A stretch of DNA of 64,000 nt, taken from NCBI GenBank assembly GCA_963845565.1, contig CAWJSJ010000003.1:1-64000 (forward strand), given 5' to 3'. How positions within the stretch are numbered: the stretch's first letter is position 1; every line of letters begins with the position of its first letter. Below are positions 46,318-55,605 of this stretch, one piece after another. This stretch comes from an uncultured Methylomirabilota bacterium (GTDB lineage: Bacteria > Methylomirabilota > Methylomirabilia > Methylomirabilales > 2-02-FULL-66-22). The notes under the pieces are model-generated. The model saw nothing but the letters and a program-made list of their open reading frames with translations. It was not told the DNA's origin and did no database searches. Both the position numbers and the translations under genes were made by a program.

Positions 46318-46440
46318 CTCTTAACCTCCGCGATGAAGTCGACTCGTCAATTCGTCGATGCGTCAATTGGAAAAGATCCAACCGTGGTTCCAACTCACTT
46401 GTCCGACCAGTTGACCAGTTGCCCAGTTGACTCCGCCGCC

Positions 46441-46869
46441 TCACACATCCACCACGATCAGGGCCTCCCAGCCGTCCCCCGCGGGGCGGACCTGGAGCTG
46501 GTGATAGGTGGCCGCCTTGACATGGCCGGCGATCGTGTGTCGTGTGCGATCGACCGCCTCACCCCAGATCTCGGCAGAAAGGTGCGTGTCGCCCATCGCG
46601 CGGAACGCGCAGTCCGCGCCGATGAGCCGCTGCGTCTCGTACAGGTAGAGCAACTCGTTCAGCCAGGCGACCAAGAGCGCCTCCCGGTCTCCCGCCTCCA
46701 GCGACACGGCGACCGTCTGTCGCGGTTCCACGGACGCAGGCTCCACCAGGAGACTCCAAAGGGCGCGGGCGGCGTGCCGAAAGACCGCCGGCACATCCGG
46801 GCCCCACGACCGGATCCCCATGTCTGCCGGAACCGCGAAGAACTCGAACCCACCTTCGCGCTGGTCCAT
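46441..46869 (-). CDS. Archease
   Basis: ADMGIRSWG, LLVAWLNELLY, VKAATYH, IVVDV C-terminus. Confidence 0.9.
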   Translation of the reverse strand: MDQREGGFEFFAVPADMGIRSWGPDVPAVFRHAARALWSLLVEPASVEPRQTVAVSLEAGDREALLVAWLNELLYLYETQRLIGADCAFRAMGDTHLSAEIWGEAVDRTRHTIAGHVKAATYHQLQVRPAGDGWEALIVVDV

Positions 46870-46935
46870 CAGACCGGCACTATAGCATGTCCTGGGATCG
46901 CTCGAAAGCCCCCGCAACAACGATGGGGCGGCGCG

Positions 46936-48168
46936 TCACTCGTAGCGCAGCGCCTCGATGGGGTCAAGGTAGGCGGCTTTCCTGGCAGGAAAATAGCCGA
47001 AGAAGATGCCGATGAATGCCGACGAGCCGAAGGCCACGGCGATGGAAGTGGGCGTGATGAGGGTGGACCATTTGGCCAACATGGCGATGAGGGCGGACCC
47101 GCCGACCCCCAGGAGGATCCCCAGGATGCCCCCCACCAGGGCGAGGGTGACCGCCTCCACCAGAAACTGCCCGAGGATGTCGCGGCTCCGTGCTCCGACC
47201 GCCATGCGCAGGCCGATCTCCCGGGTCCGTTCCGTCACCGACACCAGCATGATGTTCATGATGCCGATGCCCCCGACGAGCAAGGAGACCGAGGCGATCG
47301 CCCCCAGGAGCAGCGTCATGGTGCGGCTGCTCTCCGCCTGGACCGCGAACGTCTCGGCCAGGTTGCGGACGTCGAAATCATTGTCCTGGAACGGCTGCAG
47401 CCGGTGCCGCTGTCGAAGGAGGTCGGTCGCCTGCTGCTGGACGTCCTGCAGGAGGTCGGGCGACGCCACCTTGATCTGGATCACCCCCACGAACCGGGCG
47501 TTGGCCTGGCTCACGCCCAGGACGCGCTTCTTGGCGGTGCTGAGCGGGATGACCACCGTGTCGTCCTGGTCCTGCCCCCAGGTGGACTGCCCCTTCCGCG
47601 TCAGGATGCCGATGACGGTGAAGGGCACCTTCTTGATCCGGATGATCTGGCCAATGGCGTCGCCATCGCCGAAGAGACTCTCCTTCACCGTCTGCCCCAG
47701 GACCGCCACCTTGGTCGCGCCATCGGCGTCTTCCTGGGTGAAGAACCGTCCCGAATCCAGCTCCCAATCGCGGATCTCGAGGTAATCCGGCATGGTCCCC
47801 TGGATCGCGGTGGACCAGTTCTGATTCCCGAAGACGATCTGGGCGACGCCGCGCATGGAGCCGCTGGCCGTCACCACGCCGGGCACCTCGGTGGCGATGG
47901 CCCGCGCGTCCTCCTCGGTCAGCGTCATCGTCGAGCCGTGGCCCATCCGCATCCCGCCGCTCGTCGCGCTGCCCGGCAGGACGATCAATAGGTTGGATCC
48001 GATGCTCGAGATCTGCTCCGAGATGCGCTGCGAGGCCCCGCTGCCGATGGCCACCATGGCGATGACCGCCCCGACGCCGATCACGATGCCGAGCATGGTG
48101 AGGGCGGAGCGGAGCTTGTTCACGCGCAGCGCCCGCAGCGCGATCCGGATGCTGGCCAGGACAAACAT
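46936..48168 (-). CDS. MacB-like ABC transporter permease
   Basis: RSALTMLGIVIGV, VGGIGIMNIMLVSVTERTREIGLRMAVGA, PARKAA.LDPIEALRYE. Confidence 0.93.
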   Translation of the reverse strand: MFVLASIRIALRALRVNKLRSALTMLGIVIGVGAVIAMVAIGSGASQRISEQISSIGSNLLIVLPGSATSGGMRMGHGSTMTLTEEDARAIATEVPGVVTASGSMRGVAQIVFGNQNWSTAIQGTMPDYLEIRDWELDSGRFFTQEDADGATKVAVLGQTVKESLFGDGDAIGQIIRIKKVPFTVIGILTRKGQSTWGQDQDDTVVIPLSTAKKRVLGVSQANARFVGVIQIKVASPDLLQDVQQQATDLLRQRHRLQPFQDNDFDVRNLAETFAVQAESSRTMTLLLGAIASVSLLVGGIGIMNIMLVSVTERTREIGLRMAVGARSRDILGQFLVEAVTLALVGGILGILLGVGGSALIAMLAKWSTLITPTSIAVAFGSSAFIGIFFGYFPARKAAYLDPIEALRYE

Positions 48169-48216
48169 CGTCGAGACTCCTTCGCGGGGACCTCGAGCCC
48201 CCGCCCGGCACGCGCG

Positions 48217-48942
48217 TCAGACCAGGGCGGCCATTTCCGCCACCGCATCCCGCGGAGACGCCACCCGCTCGTCCTTCACGATCCGACCGTCGCGGAAGTG
48301 GATCACCCGCGACGCATAGGCGGCCACGTCCGGCTCGTGCGTCACCAGGATCACCGTGATCCCCTGCTCCCGGTTGAGCCGCTGGAAAATCGCCATGATC
48401 TCCACGCTGGTGCGGGAGTCCAGATTGCCCGTCGGCTCGTCCGCCAGCAGCACGGGCGGGTCGTTGATCAGGGCCCGGGCGATGGCCACCCGCTGCTGCT
48501 GTCCGCCGGACAGCTGGTTGGGGTGATGCAGTTCGCGGCCCTGGAGGCCGACCTGGTGCAGGCGCTGGCGCGCCCGCGCGTGCCGCTCGTGCCGCGAGCC
48601 GCCGTTATACAGGAGGGGCAGCTCGACATTCTCCAGCGCACTGGTGCGGGGCAGCAGGTTGAAGGTCTGGAACACGAACCCGAGCTGCTTGTTTCGGGTG
48701 TGCGCCAGTTGGTCCCGGTTCATGGCGCCGACGTCGTGGCCGTCCAATCGGTAACGCCCAATGCTGGGTTTGTCCAGGCACCCCAGGATGTGCATGAAGG
48801 TGGACTTCCCCGACCCGGACGGCCCCATGATGGCGACGAACTCTCCCGCCGCGATGGACACGTCCACGCCGCGCAGGGCCTCGACCGCGACCTCGCCCGT
48901 CTGGTACGTCTTCCCGAGCCCCTCAACTTCGATCAGCGCCAT
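48217..48942 (-). CDS. ABC transporter ATP-binding protein (MacB/LolD type)
   Basis: [36 protein letters not shown]. Confidence 0.95.
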   Translation of the reverse strand: MALIEVEGLGKTYQTGEVAVEALRGVDVSIAAGEFVAIMGPSGSGKSTFMHILGCLDKPSIGRYRLDGHDVGAMNRDQLAHTRNKQLGFVFQTFNLLPRTSALENVELPLLYNGGSRHERHARARQRLHQVGLQGRELHHPNQLSGGQQQRVAIARALINDPPVLLADEPTGNLDSRTSVEIMAIFQRLNREQGITVILVTHEPDVAAYASRVIHFRDGRIVKDERVASPRDAVAEMAALV

Positions 48943-49000
48943 ACAGATTTCCAAATATGGATTGCAGACTGCGGTTCATGGAAAAACGCCGCCACGAGAT

Positions 49001-49172
49001 CGGCAGGCTGAAAAACCCGTTTTGTCCGGACCGCTCAAAAAGGTCCAGATGCAAGGCGGCGGGCGAAGGGCGGGGCACCCACCGAAGGTGGGTCAAGGCG
49101 TACTCCAGGTACGCCGCAGCGAGCCCCTGAGCACTCCAACGCCGCAGATGGGCCTTTTCAACGGCCCGCTAG
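49001..49172. mobile_element. MITE-like palindromic element inside the exporter operon
   Basis: Ends CGGACCGCTCAAAAAGGTCCA and TGGGCCTTTTCAACGGCCCG are imperfect inverted repeats, with internal hairpins (CCCACCGAAGGTGGG; GGCGTAC..GTACGCC). It terminates at the CTAG containing the macA-like stop. Confidence 0.6.
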
Positions 49173-50579
49173 AGCCGGAGCCGCGGGTTCCCTGTCCCGC
49201 CGGTCCCGCCCCGCGTTGCGGAACCCAGCCCCACGATCACCGCGTCGCCTTCCGACAGCCCTTCCAGGATCTCGGTCTTCTGGCCGTCGCTCAATCCGGT
49301 CTGAACCTGCCGCTCCACCGGCTTGCCGTCCTGGAGGATCCACACCCGCTGCCGGCTGTTCGGCATGACCTGGCGGCCGCCGCCGTCGGCGCCGCGACCC
49401 CCGGCCATCATGGGCGGCATCATGGGCGCCATCATGCCGGGCTGACTCGTCCTGGCGGCCGGCCGCTGCCCGGTGGCGCCACCGGAGGCGGTCCCATCCA
49501 CCCGCACGCGGAAGGCGGCGTTCGCGATCAGGACCGCGTTCTCGCGGCGCGCAACCAGGATCTTCACGTTGGCCGTCATGCCCGGCTTCAGCTTCAATTC
49601 AGGGTTCGCCACCGCCACCACGGTGTTGTAGGTCACGACGTTCTGGACGACCTGCGGCGCCTGGCGGATCTGGACGACCCGGCCCCGGAAGGTCAAGCTG
49701 GGATACGAATCGACCGTGAAGCGTGGCCTCCTGATCCAGGCTCACCCGGCTGATGTCCGCCTCGTCCACGTTGGTATCCACCTGCATCTTGGTCAGGTCC
49801 TGGGCGATCAGAAACAGCGTGGGCGCCTGGAGCGAGGCTGCCACCGTCTGCCCGACGTCCACGTTCCGGGAGACCACGATCCCGTCCACGGGCGCCCGGA
49901 TGTAGGTGTTGCGCAGGTCCACCTGCGCCTGCTCAACCGCAGCCTGCTTCTGCCGGACCTGCGCCTCGGCGGACGTCACCTGGGCCTGCGTTACCTCGAG
50001 CGCGGCTTGGGCCGCCCCTACGCCGGCGTGGGCGGCGTCCAGCTGGGCCACCGCGGAATCGTAGGCCGCTTGCGAGGAGTCGCGCTCCTCCTGCGAGATC
50101 CCGCCTTCCCGGAACAGGCGTGTCCGGGAGTCCAGTTTGATCTTGGCATCCCGGAGGGCGACCTCTTGGCGCACCACGTTCGCGCGCGCGTTGGCGAGAT
50201 CGGCTTGCGCCCGCGCCATGGTCGCCCGCTGGTTCAGGACCGACGCCCGGCTGCTCTCGAGGTCGGCCTGGGCCTGGTTCGCCTTGGCGTCGAAGATCGA
50301 GGGGTCGATCCGGGCGATCAGCATGCCTTTCTTGACCGGGGAGTTGAAGTCCACCAAGAGCTGCTGGATCGTGCCGGACACCTGCGTCCCGACCTGGACC
50401 GTGACCACCGCGTTCAAGGTCCCGGTCGACGAAATGGTCGAGATCAACTCACCCCGTTCGACGGACGCGGTACGATAGGATGGTGTCCGTCCGTTGGCGC
50501 TATACCAGTAGAATCCGCCAGCCCCTAGCAGGATCAGCACCACCAGAATCGAAATGAGACCGACTTTCCGCCGCGTCAT
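49169..50579 (-). CDS. MacA-like periplasmic adaptor (membrane fusion protein); frameshift near 49720
   Basis: VQVGTQVSG, IRAPVDG, GQTVAASLQAP, VDEADI, LKPGMTA, GLSEGD. Confidence 0.9.
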
Positions 50580-50598
50580 TCGCCATACCCTCTGTAGG

Positions 50599-50704
50599 TT
50601 AGGAGCCGTTACGAAATAACTTGTCCATTTCTTGGAATTTCGTTACGGCTCCTTATGCCGTTTCCGGAATTTCTCCGGTCAAGTTATTCTTTGGCAACGG
50701 CTTA
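50599..50704 (-). repeat. ~105-bp element, copy 4 (reverse, more diverged)
   Basis: TTA...TTA flanked, 20 bp upstream of the macA-like start. Confidence 0.88.
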
Positions 50705-50839
50705 CGCTACACCCCGCCCATGATGCGATCAGTGTAGTCATGCTGCGAGGGGCTGTCAAAGCCTATTCCGCCACCCGGATCGGCCGGAACGCTCTGCCAG
50801 CCCCACTCCCGGATCGCTGATCCGCCCGCTCGGTCGGCC

Positions 50840-51361
50840 TCACGACACCGGGCCGCGCCGATGGAATCGGCCCCGCATCTCCGACCGCAGCGCGCGCCAC
50901 TTCTCCCACTGCTCCGGCGTCAGCTTGGACCGAAGGACGAGATACGTGTCCACGCGCCGATCCAACATGCCGCCCTGCAAGACCTTCACGCGCTCGGTGA
51001 CCGCTTTGACGGCCGCGGGGTCCGCGTCCTGCCGGCCGAGGAGTTGCCGCAATTCCTCCCGCGCCTCACAGAGGTTCTGCATCTCCCCACGCGCCTGATC
51101 CCGCTGCGATCGAAGCACGCCACGGATCTCGGTCGCCTGCTCCTGGGTCAGGCCCAACCGGTCCTGCATCCGCTGCATCATGCGATCCCCGATGAGTTGG
51201 CGGTCTTCCGGCGAGAGGAGCCCCTCCGGCCGATCGCACGGACCCCGGCCGCCCGCCATCGGTTGTGCCGTTGCGATGCCGATCGGCGCCACCATTAGTA
51301 CCCACAGAACGCCGGCGATCACGAGCCGCCTGGTGGTCCTGAACCCCGTATGCGTCTTCAT
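50840..51361 (-). CDS. Spy/CpxP/heavy-metal-sensor-like periplasmic protein
   Basis: Signal-like segment and two LTxxQ motifs (LGLTQEQ, KLTPEQ). Confidence 0.75.
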   Translation of the reverse strand: MKTHTGFRTTRRLVIAGVLWVLMVAPIGIATAQPMAGGRGPCDRPEGLLSPEDRQLIGDRMMQRMQDRLGLTQEQATEIRGVLRSQRDQARGEMQNLCEAREELRQLLGRQDADPAAVKAVTERVKVLQGGMLDRRVDTYLVLRSKLTPEQWEKWRALRSEMRGRFHRRGPVS

Positions 51362-51410
51362 GGAATCCTCCTTTTCCCGCTCGATCGCGACCATGTGCCG
51401 GCGTGCGCGG

Positions 51411-51836
51411 TTACGGCCCCTTGCGCGCCGGACCGTCATCCGGTCCCCGACCCCGCCATCGCTCCATCCGCCGCTCCCACTCCTGCGCCACCGTGTCGAA
51501 TTTCGTCTGCTGCGCCGCATCCAGGACGGCGCGGATCCGCGCCTTCGACCGGTCCCGGATCTCTCGGAACCGAGGGCCGATCTCATCCCGGAGGCGGGTG
51601 AACTCCTGCCCCGCCTCCCGGAGGACCGCCTCCACCTGTTGCCGCTGCTCCGAGCGAAGGTCCAGTTCCTTGGTGAGCCGCAACACGATCCGGTCCTGGA
51701 ACCGCGCCGCGCCCTCGGGCGACCGCCAGTCGCCAACGCGCGCGTGGTACACGCCAAAGCCGACCGCGCCGCCTACGATCCCGAGGCCGAATGCCAACAG
51801 CAGCAGTAACGTGCCCTTCATCCGCGCTTTCATCAC
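51411..51836 (-). CDS. Membrane-anchored periplasmic protein, CpxP/Spy-like
   Basis: N-terminal TM, LDLRSEQ and VLDAAQQ motifs. Confidence 0.6.
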   Translation of the reverse strand: MMKARMKGTLLLLLAFGLGIVGGAVGFGVYHARVGDWRSPEGAARFQDRIVLRLTKELDLRSEQRQQVEAVLREAGQEFTRLRDEIGPRFREIRDRSKARIRAVLDAAQQTKFDTVAQEWERRMERWRGRGPDDGPARKGP

Positions 51837-52286
51837 CCGTTCCCCTCCAGGACGGCGGCCAACACGGCATCCGTTTCCGGCGCATCCGAACCCAGGACGA
51901 TGTGCTCGCCTGCCGACAGGCTATCCGTGGCAAAGAATCCCGTCGGTCCCGGGGCGGAACTGGCCTGGTACAGGACGAGCAGCGTGATCACCGCCGCCGT
52001 GAACGCCGGAACCAGCCCCCACGCGGGTCTCCACAAATCTCCATTGGGAGCCGCGTAGTGGCGGGCGCCGCGTGAGCGCGTTGGTCACTCGCTCGGCGAA
52101 ACTTCCGGAGGGCGGCACGTTACCAACGCTTGCGGCGATCATCCCGCGCGCCAGCCGCGCCGCCGCCAACCGGCGCTGACAGGTCCGGCACGTCGTCAGG
52201 TGATCCCGCACCCATCCGGGCAGCTCCCGCGGCGGGACGGCCGCCAGCTCATTTCGATCGTGTTCGATCGCGCTGCACGTCTTCAT
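51833..52286 (-). CDS. Zinc-finger anti-sigma factor (frameshift near 52040)
   Basis: HLTTCRTC (HxxxCxxC) followed by a TM segment in the other frame; downstream of the ECF sigma gene. Confidence 0.72.
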
Positions 52287-52917
52287 CGCCCGCCTCTTCT
52301 GTCGTGGATTCCATCCCATCCACCAACCGCTCCGCCACCCGCCGCATGGCCCGCCGCGCCCGGTGCAGGCGAAGGCGCACGGCCAGCGCCGTACACCCCA
52401 TCATCTGACCCACCTCGGCCGCCGTGTGCCCCAGAGCGTCCGCCAAAATCAGCGCCTGCCGGTCCTTGGGCGGAAGGGGCGCCAGGGCGCGTTCCACCAG
52501 ATCGCGACGTGCCGCCGCGTCCTCCGTGCCCATCCCGCCCCCCGCAAGCCCCCGCGCCGCCGCCTGCTCGGACCAGGACAGATCCTCCCAGGCGACCTCT
52601 TGGCGTCGCCGACGCCCCCGTAGCCGGTCATAGCACAACCGGGTCGCGATTTGCGCGATCCATGGACCGAAGGGCGCGTCCGCGCGGAATCGCGATAGCG
52701 CCTCGTGTGCCTTCAGAAAGGCTTCCTGGGCCACGTCCTCCACCTCGCCCCGATCCCGCAAGAACCCCCCTGCAACATGGAACACCAGCCGCTCGTACCG
52801 GCGGACCAGGAGGCCGAAGGCCGCCGCGTCTCCCTGGAGGCTCCGCTGGACCAACTCTCCGTCCTCACCCTCATGCGTGTCGCCCTGCCTGACGCTCGGC
52901 GTGTTCATGGGTGTCAT
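52249..52917 (-). CDS. ECF RNA polymerase sigma factor
   Basis: GDAAAFGLLVRRY, EDVAQEAFL, WIAQIA, LRLHRAR. Confidence 0.9.
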   Translation of the reverse strand: MTPMNTPSVRQGDTHEGEDGELVQRSLQGDAAAFGLLVRRYERLVFHVAGGFLRDRGEVEDVAQEAFLKAHEALSRFRADAPFGPWIAQIATRLCYDRLRGRRRRQEVAWEDLSWSEQAAARGLAGGGMGTEDAAARRDLVERALAPLPPKDRQALILADALGHTAAEVGQMMGCTALAVRLRLHRARRAMRRVAERLVDGMESTTEEAGDEDVQRDRTRSK

Positions 52918-52924
52918 TGTACAG

Positions 52925-52951
52925 TACGGCACAACCCTCGGCCATGTTTCA
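52925..52951 (-). promoter_or_regulatory. ECF-type promoter (TGAAAC-N17-CGTA), likely autoregulatory
   Basis: Minus strand reads TGAAACATGGCCGAGGGTTGTGCCGTACTGTACAATG. Confidence 0.55.
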
Positions 52952-53104
52952 GGGCGGCAATGGTGAGAAACGGACGTGCCCACCGAATTCGGAGATTCCC
53001 GCACATCCATCTCGACTCAATGGAAAGCAGCTACCTCGGATTGCATATGAATGGATCAAGCGACAACTGCGACCTGGCGGTGTGGTGCCGTTCGTTGCGG
53101 GGGG

Positions 53105-53284
53105 TTATCCGACCGGGAACCCTATCAGGCGGGCGAGAGAAACGAACGCCGCCGCCAGAGCCAACCCGGCGCCGAGCCAGAGCGCCGCACGAAGGCGACG
53201 CTCACGCTTGAGCCGTCGGTGGGCGCGGGCGCGGCGGCGCTCCTCGTCGTCCATTCGCCGCAGTTCGGCAGGTGGGCGGGGCAT
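53105..53284 (-). CDS. 59-aa small membrane protein (hypothetical)
   Basis: AGGAGGAGG RBS; Arg-rich N-terminus and one TM helix (LWLGAGLALAAAFVSLARLIG). Confidence 0.55.
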   Translation of the reverse strand: MPRPPAELRRMDDEERRRARAHRRLKRERRLRAALWLGAGLALAAAFVSLARLIGFPVG

Positions 53285-53450
53285 CGCTCAGGGCCTCCTC
53301 CTATTCATCATGCCAAGGGAAGTGGAGAAATTCAACAACCCTCGCCACGCCCTCCCAACACCACGAAACGCACCAAAACCCCAATAGCACGCACGCCGCA
53401 CCCCGACCCCGTAACGCCCATCCCCTTGCACACCCTATCTGGTATTTTCA

Positions 53451-54553
53451 TGGGGGACGTCCATAAAAGAATAAAAGACTCCTAACTACCCCTGAGTTGT
53501 ACACCTCGTTGTTGCGCGATACGCTCTCCGCGGCGGACCGCGATGCTCACGGCGGGTTGCGTCATTCCCAGAATCTTAGCGAGCGCCGTCGCCGTGTCAC
53601 CGAGCTCCCGGACCGCCCAGTAGCAGAACAGACTGCGGGCGGCGACCACTGCGCGGAGCTGCCCGGGGTGAAAAAGAGTATCCGGCTCCACCCCGAACGC
53701 ATCCGCGGCCTGCCGGGCGAGTCCGTCGCGATTGAGACCCCGCCGCCGAACCTGCTCGCTCCGTTTCAGCTCCTCCTCCGCCATGGCAAGGATGTGCAAC
53801 ACAAACTCAGACGTTCCAAGTATCCGCTCGTCGCCCTTCACTCGAAGCGGCTGTTCCTGCTGTAACGCCTGGGCCGCCGTCCATCCCCCAAGACTGCGGA
53901 TCAGCCCCCCGCCGACCAGTTCCGGTCGGCGCCCCTTGGCGACGCCCTCGCTCAAAAAAGCCCGGTATTTTCTGCGCGCCGTCACCTCCCGCCGCGCGAA
54001 CTGTCCGAGCACGGCGTCCACCGCCTGCCACTCGTTGATCCGCTTGCCCATCAGCGTGCTGTGTCCGGAATAGGGATAGCGATCCAGTTCCTCAAGATCG
54101 CGGACCTGCTGACCCCGAAGAGGGTTCAGATGGATATACCGGACCAATTCCAACAGGTACGGCTCCTGCTCACAGAGGATGGACTTGTAGCGGTTCTGAA
54201 AAAGCGGCCCATGCCGTCGGTGGCGGCGATTGAACGTCACGGCATACCCAGTGAGCACGCGCCGCATCACCGTCGCAAGTGGCACCCGCCCGGTTTCGAG
54301 CAGAAGATGTGCATGGTTCGGCATGAGCGCCCAGGCATAGCACGGGGTCGCCGATTCTGTGAGGACCCGCTCCAGCCGCCGCAGAAACGCGGCCCGGTCG
54401 TCATCATCTCGGAAGATCTTTTGACGTTCGATCCCACGAATGATGAGGTGCTGCAGGGCCCCTGGGGCATCCAAGCGCGCATGTCGTGGCATAGTGGAAG
54501 AGTACCACGGGGAAGCCGTAAAGTCACTTTTATGGTTTTATGGACGTCCCCCA
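53451..54553 (-). mobile_element. Y1 HUH-transposase element bounded by 27-bp inverted repeats
   Basis: TGGGGGACGTCCATAAAAGAATAAAAG (53451-53477) and its reverse complement at 54527-54553 (25/27 match). Confidence 0.75.
53482..54492 (-). CDS. RAYT/IS200-like Y1 tyrosine transposase with C-terminal HTH extension
   Basis: MPRHAR, HLIIRG, MPNHAHLL (HUH), FQNRYKS, YIHLNP (catalytic Tyr), C-terminal LAKILGMTQPAVS. Confidence 0.88.
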   Translation of the reverse strand: MPRHARLDAPGALQHLIIRGIERQKIFRDDDDRAAFLRRLERVLTESATPCYAWALMPNHAHLLLETGRVPLATVMRRVLTGYAVTFNRRHRRHGPLFQNRYKSILCEQEPYLLELVRYIHLNPLRGQQVRDLEELDRYPYSGHSTLMGKRINEWQAVDAVLGQFARREVTARRKYRAFLSEGVAKGRRPELVGGGLIRSLGGWTAAQALQQEQPLRVKGDERILGTSEFVLHILAMAEEELKRSEQVRRRGLNRDGLARQAADAFGVEPDTLFHPGQLRAVVAARSLFCYWAVRELGDTATALAKILGMTQPAVSIAVRRGERIAQQRGVQLRGS

Positions 54554-54554
54554 A

Positions 54555-54808
54555 GAGTTCGCTGGTTCGTCGCCCACGGCTGGGAGCGACTCCGGGAAGG
54601 CCGTGGGCGGTGGCGGTGGAACGCGCGCTGGCTCCCCTCGCGATCGGCCTCATGGCGGCGGGAGTGTACACGGTCGCCCGATCGGCGGTGCGGACTGGCC
54701 CACGGCAGCTTTCGCGGCCGGGGTGGGGATCCTCCTGGCCAAGCGCTGGCTGCCCGCCGCGGCCGTTGTCCTGGCGGCCGGCGCGTGGGTTGGCTCCTCG
54801 GCGTGTAA
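54555..54808 (+). pseudogene. 3' fragment of a chromate transporter (ChrA-like)
   Basis: ..WERLRE..VERALAPLAIGLMAAGVY..LPAAAVVLAAGAWVG across frameshifts, beginning at the right inverted repeat. Confidence 0.5.
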
Positions 54809-54984
54809 CGGAAGCGTGGCCGATTGGGTCGGGCGCGGCGGGGGATTTTTCTGACGAATCTTCGATTGCTCCATCCGGAAAACTGCGATAATTTACCTTG
54901 CTTTCCATCCGAGGCAACCGCAATCAGGCGGAACCGGGCGGACCATGACCCGCCCGCCGTGACTCTCAGAACGAGGAACGCATC

Positions 54985-55605
54985 ATGTGGGGCCCAAAGA
55001 CATCCGATCGGGATTTCTTCACCGCCTTTTCCCGACACGCCGAGGTGACGGCGCACGCGGCCGGACTGTTGGTCGAACTGTTTGAACACCCGGATCGAGA
55101 TCATCTCGCCGTGGAGATCGAGCGCGACGAGCACCAAGGGGATAAGATCCTGCACGACGTGGTCCTTGCCTTGCGCGCCACCTGGATCACGCCATTCGAC
55201 CGGCACGATATCCAGACGCTGATCTCGCGGCAGGACGACGTGCTGGATTTGATTCACGCCAGCTCAAAGCGGATTGCCCTGTTCGAGATCGAGACGACGC
55301 CGAACGACGCTCTGGCCCTGACCCGGTACATCCTGAAGGCCGCCGAGACCATTCAGACCGCCGTTCACCTGCTCAACAATCTCAAGCAGACTGAAGAGAT
55401 TTTGAAGCGCTGCGAGATCCTGAACGAGATCGAGAACGACGGCGACGAGCTATACCGGCGGGCGCTGGCGCGGCTGTACAAAAAGGGAAACGACCCTCTC
55501 GAGGTCATGAAATGGCGGGAGATCTTCGATCATCTCGAGACCGCCCTCGACCGAGGTGAAGACGTGGCAAATCAGATCGAGAGTTTGGTCCTGGAGTACT
55601 CATGA
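54985..55605 (+). CDS. DUF47/PhoU-like phosphate transport regulator
   Basis: EHQGD..TWITPFDRHDI..DDVLD; ENDGD..KWREIF..LETALD. Confidence 0.88.
   Translation: MWGPKTSDRDFFTAFSRHAEVTAHAAGLLVELFEHPDRDHLAVEIERDEHQGDKILHDVVLALRATWITPFDRHDIQTLISRQDDVLDLIHASSKRIALFEIETTPNDALALTRYILKAAETIQTAVHLLNNLKQTEEILKRCEILNEIENDGDELYRRALARLYKKGNDPLEVMKWREIFDHLETALDRGEDVANQIESLVLEYS

Noticed and set aside
29648..50704. 105-bp repeats as a CRISPR array or attC sites of a TA cassette array
   Set aside because: Copies are kilobases apart, occur in both orientations, lie next to core genes and lack the RYYYAAC/GTTRRRY ends. No cas or intI gene is present.
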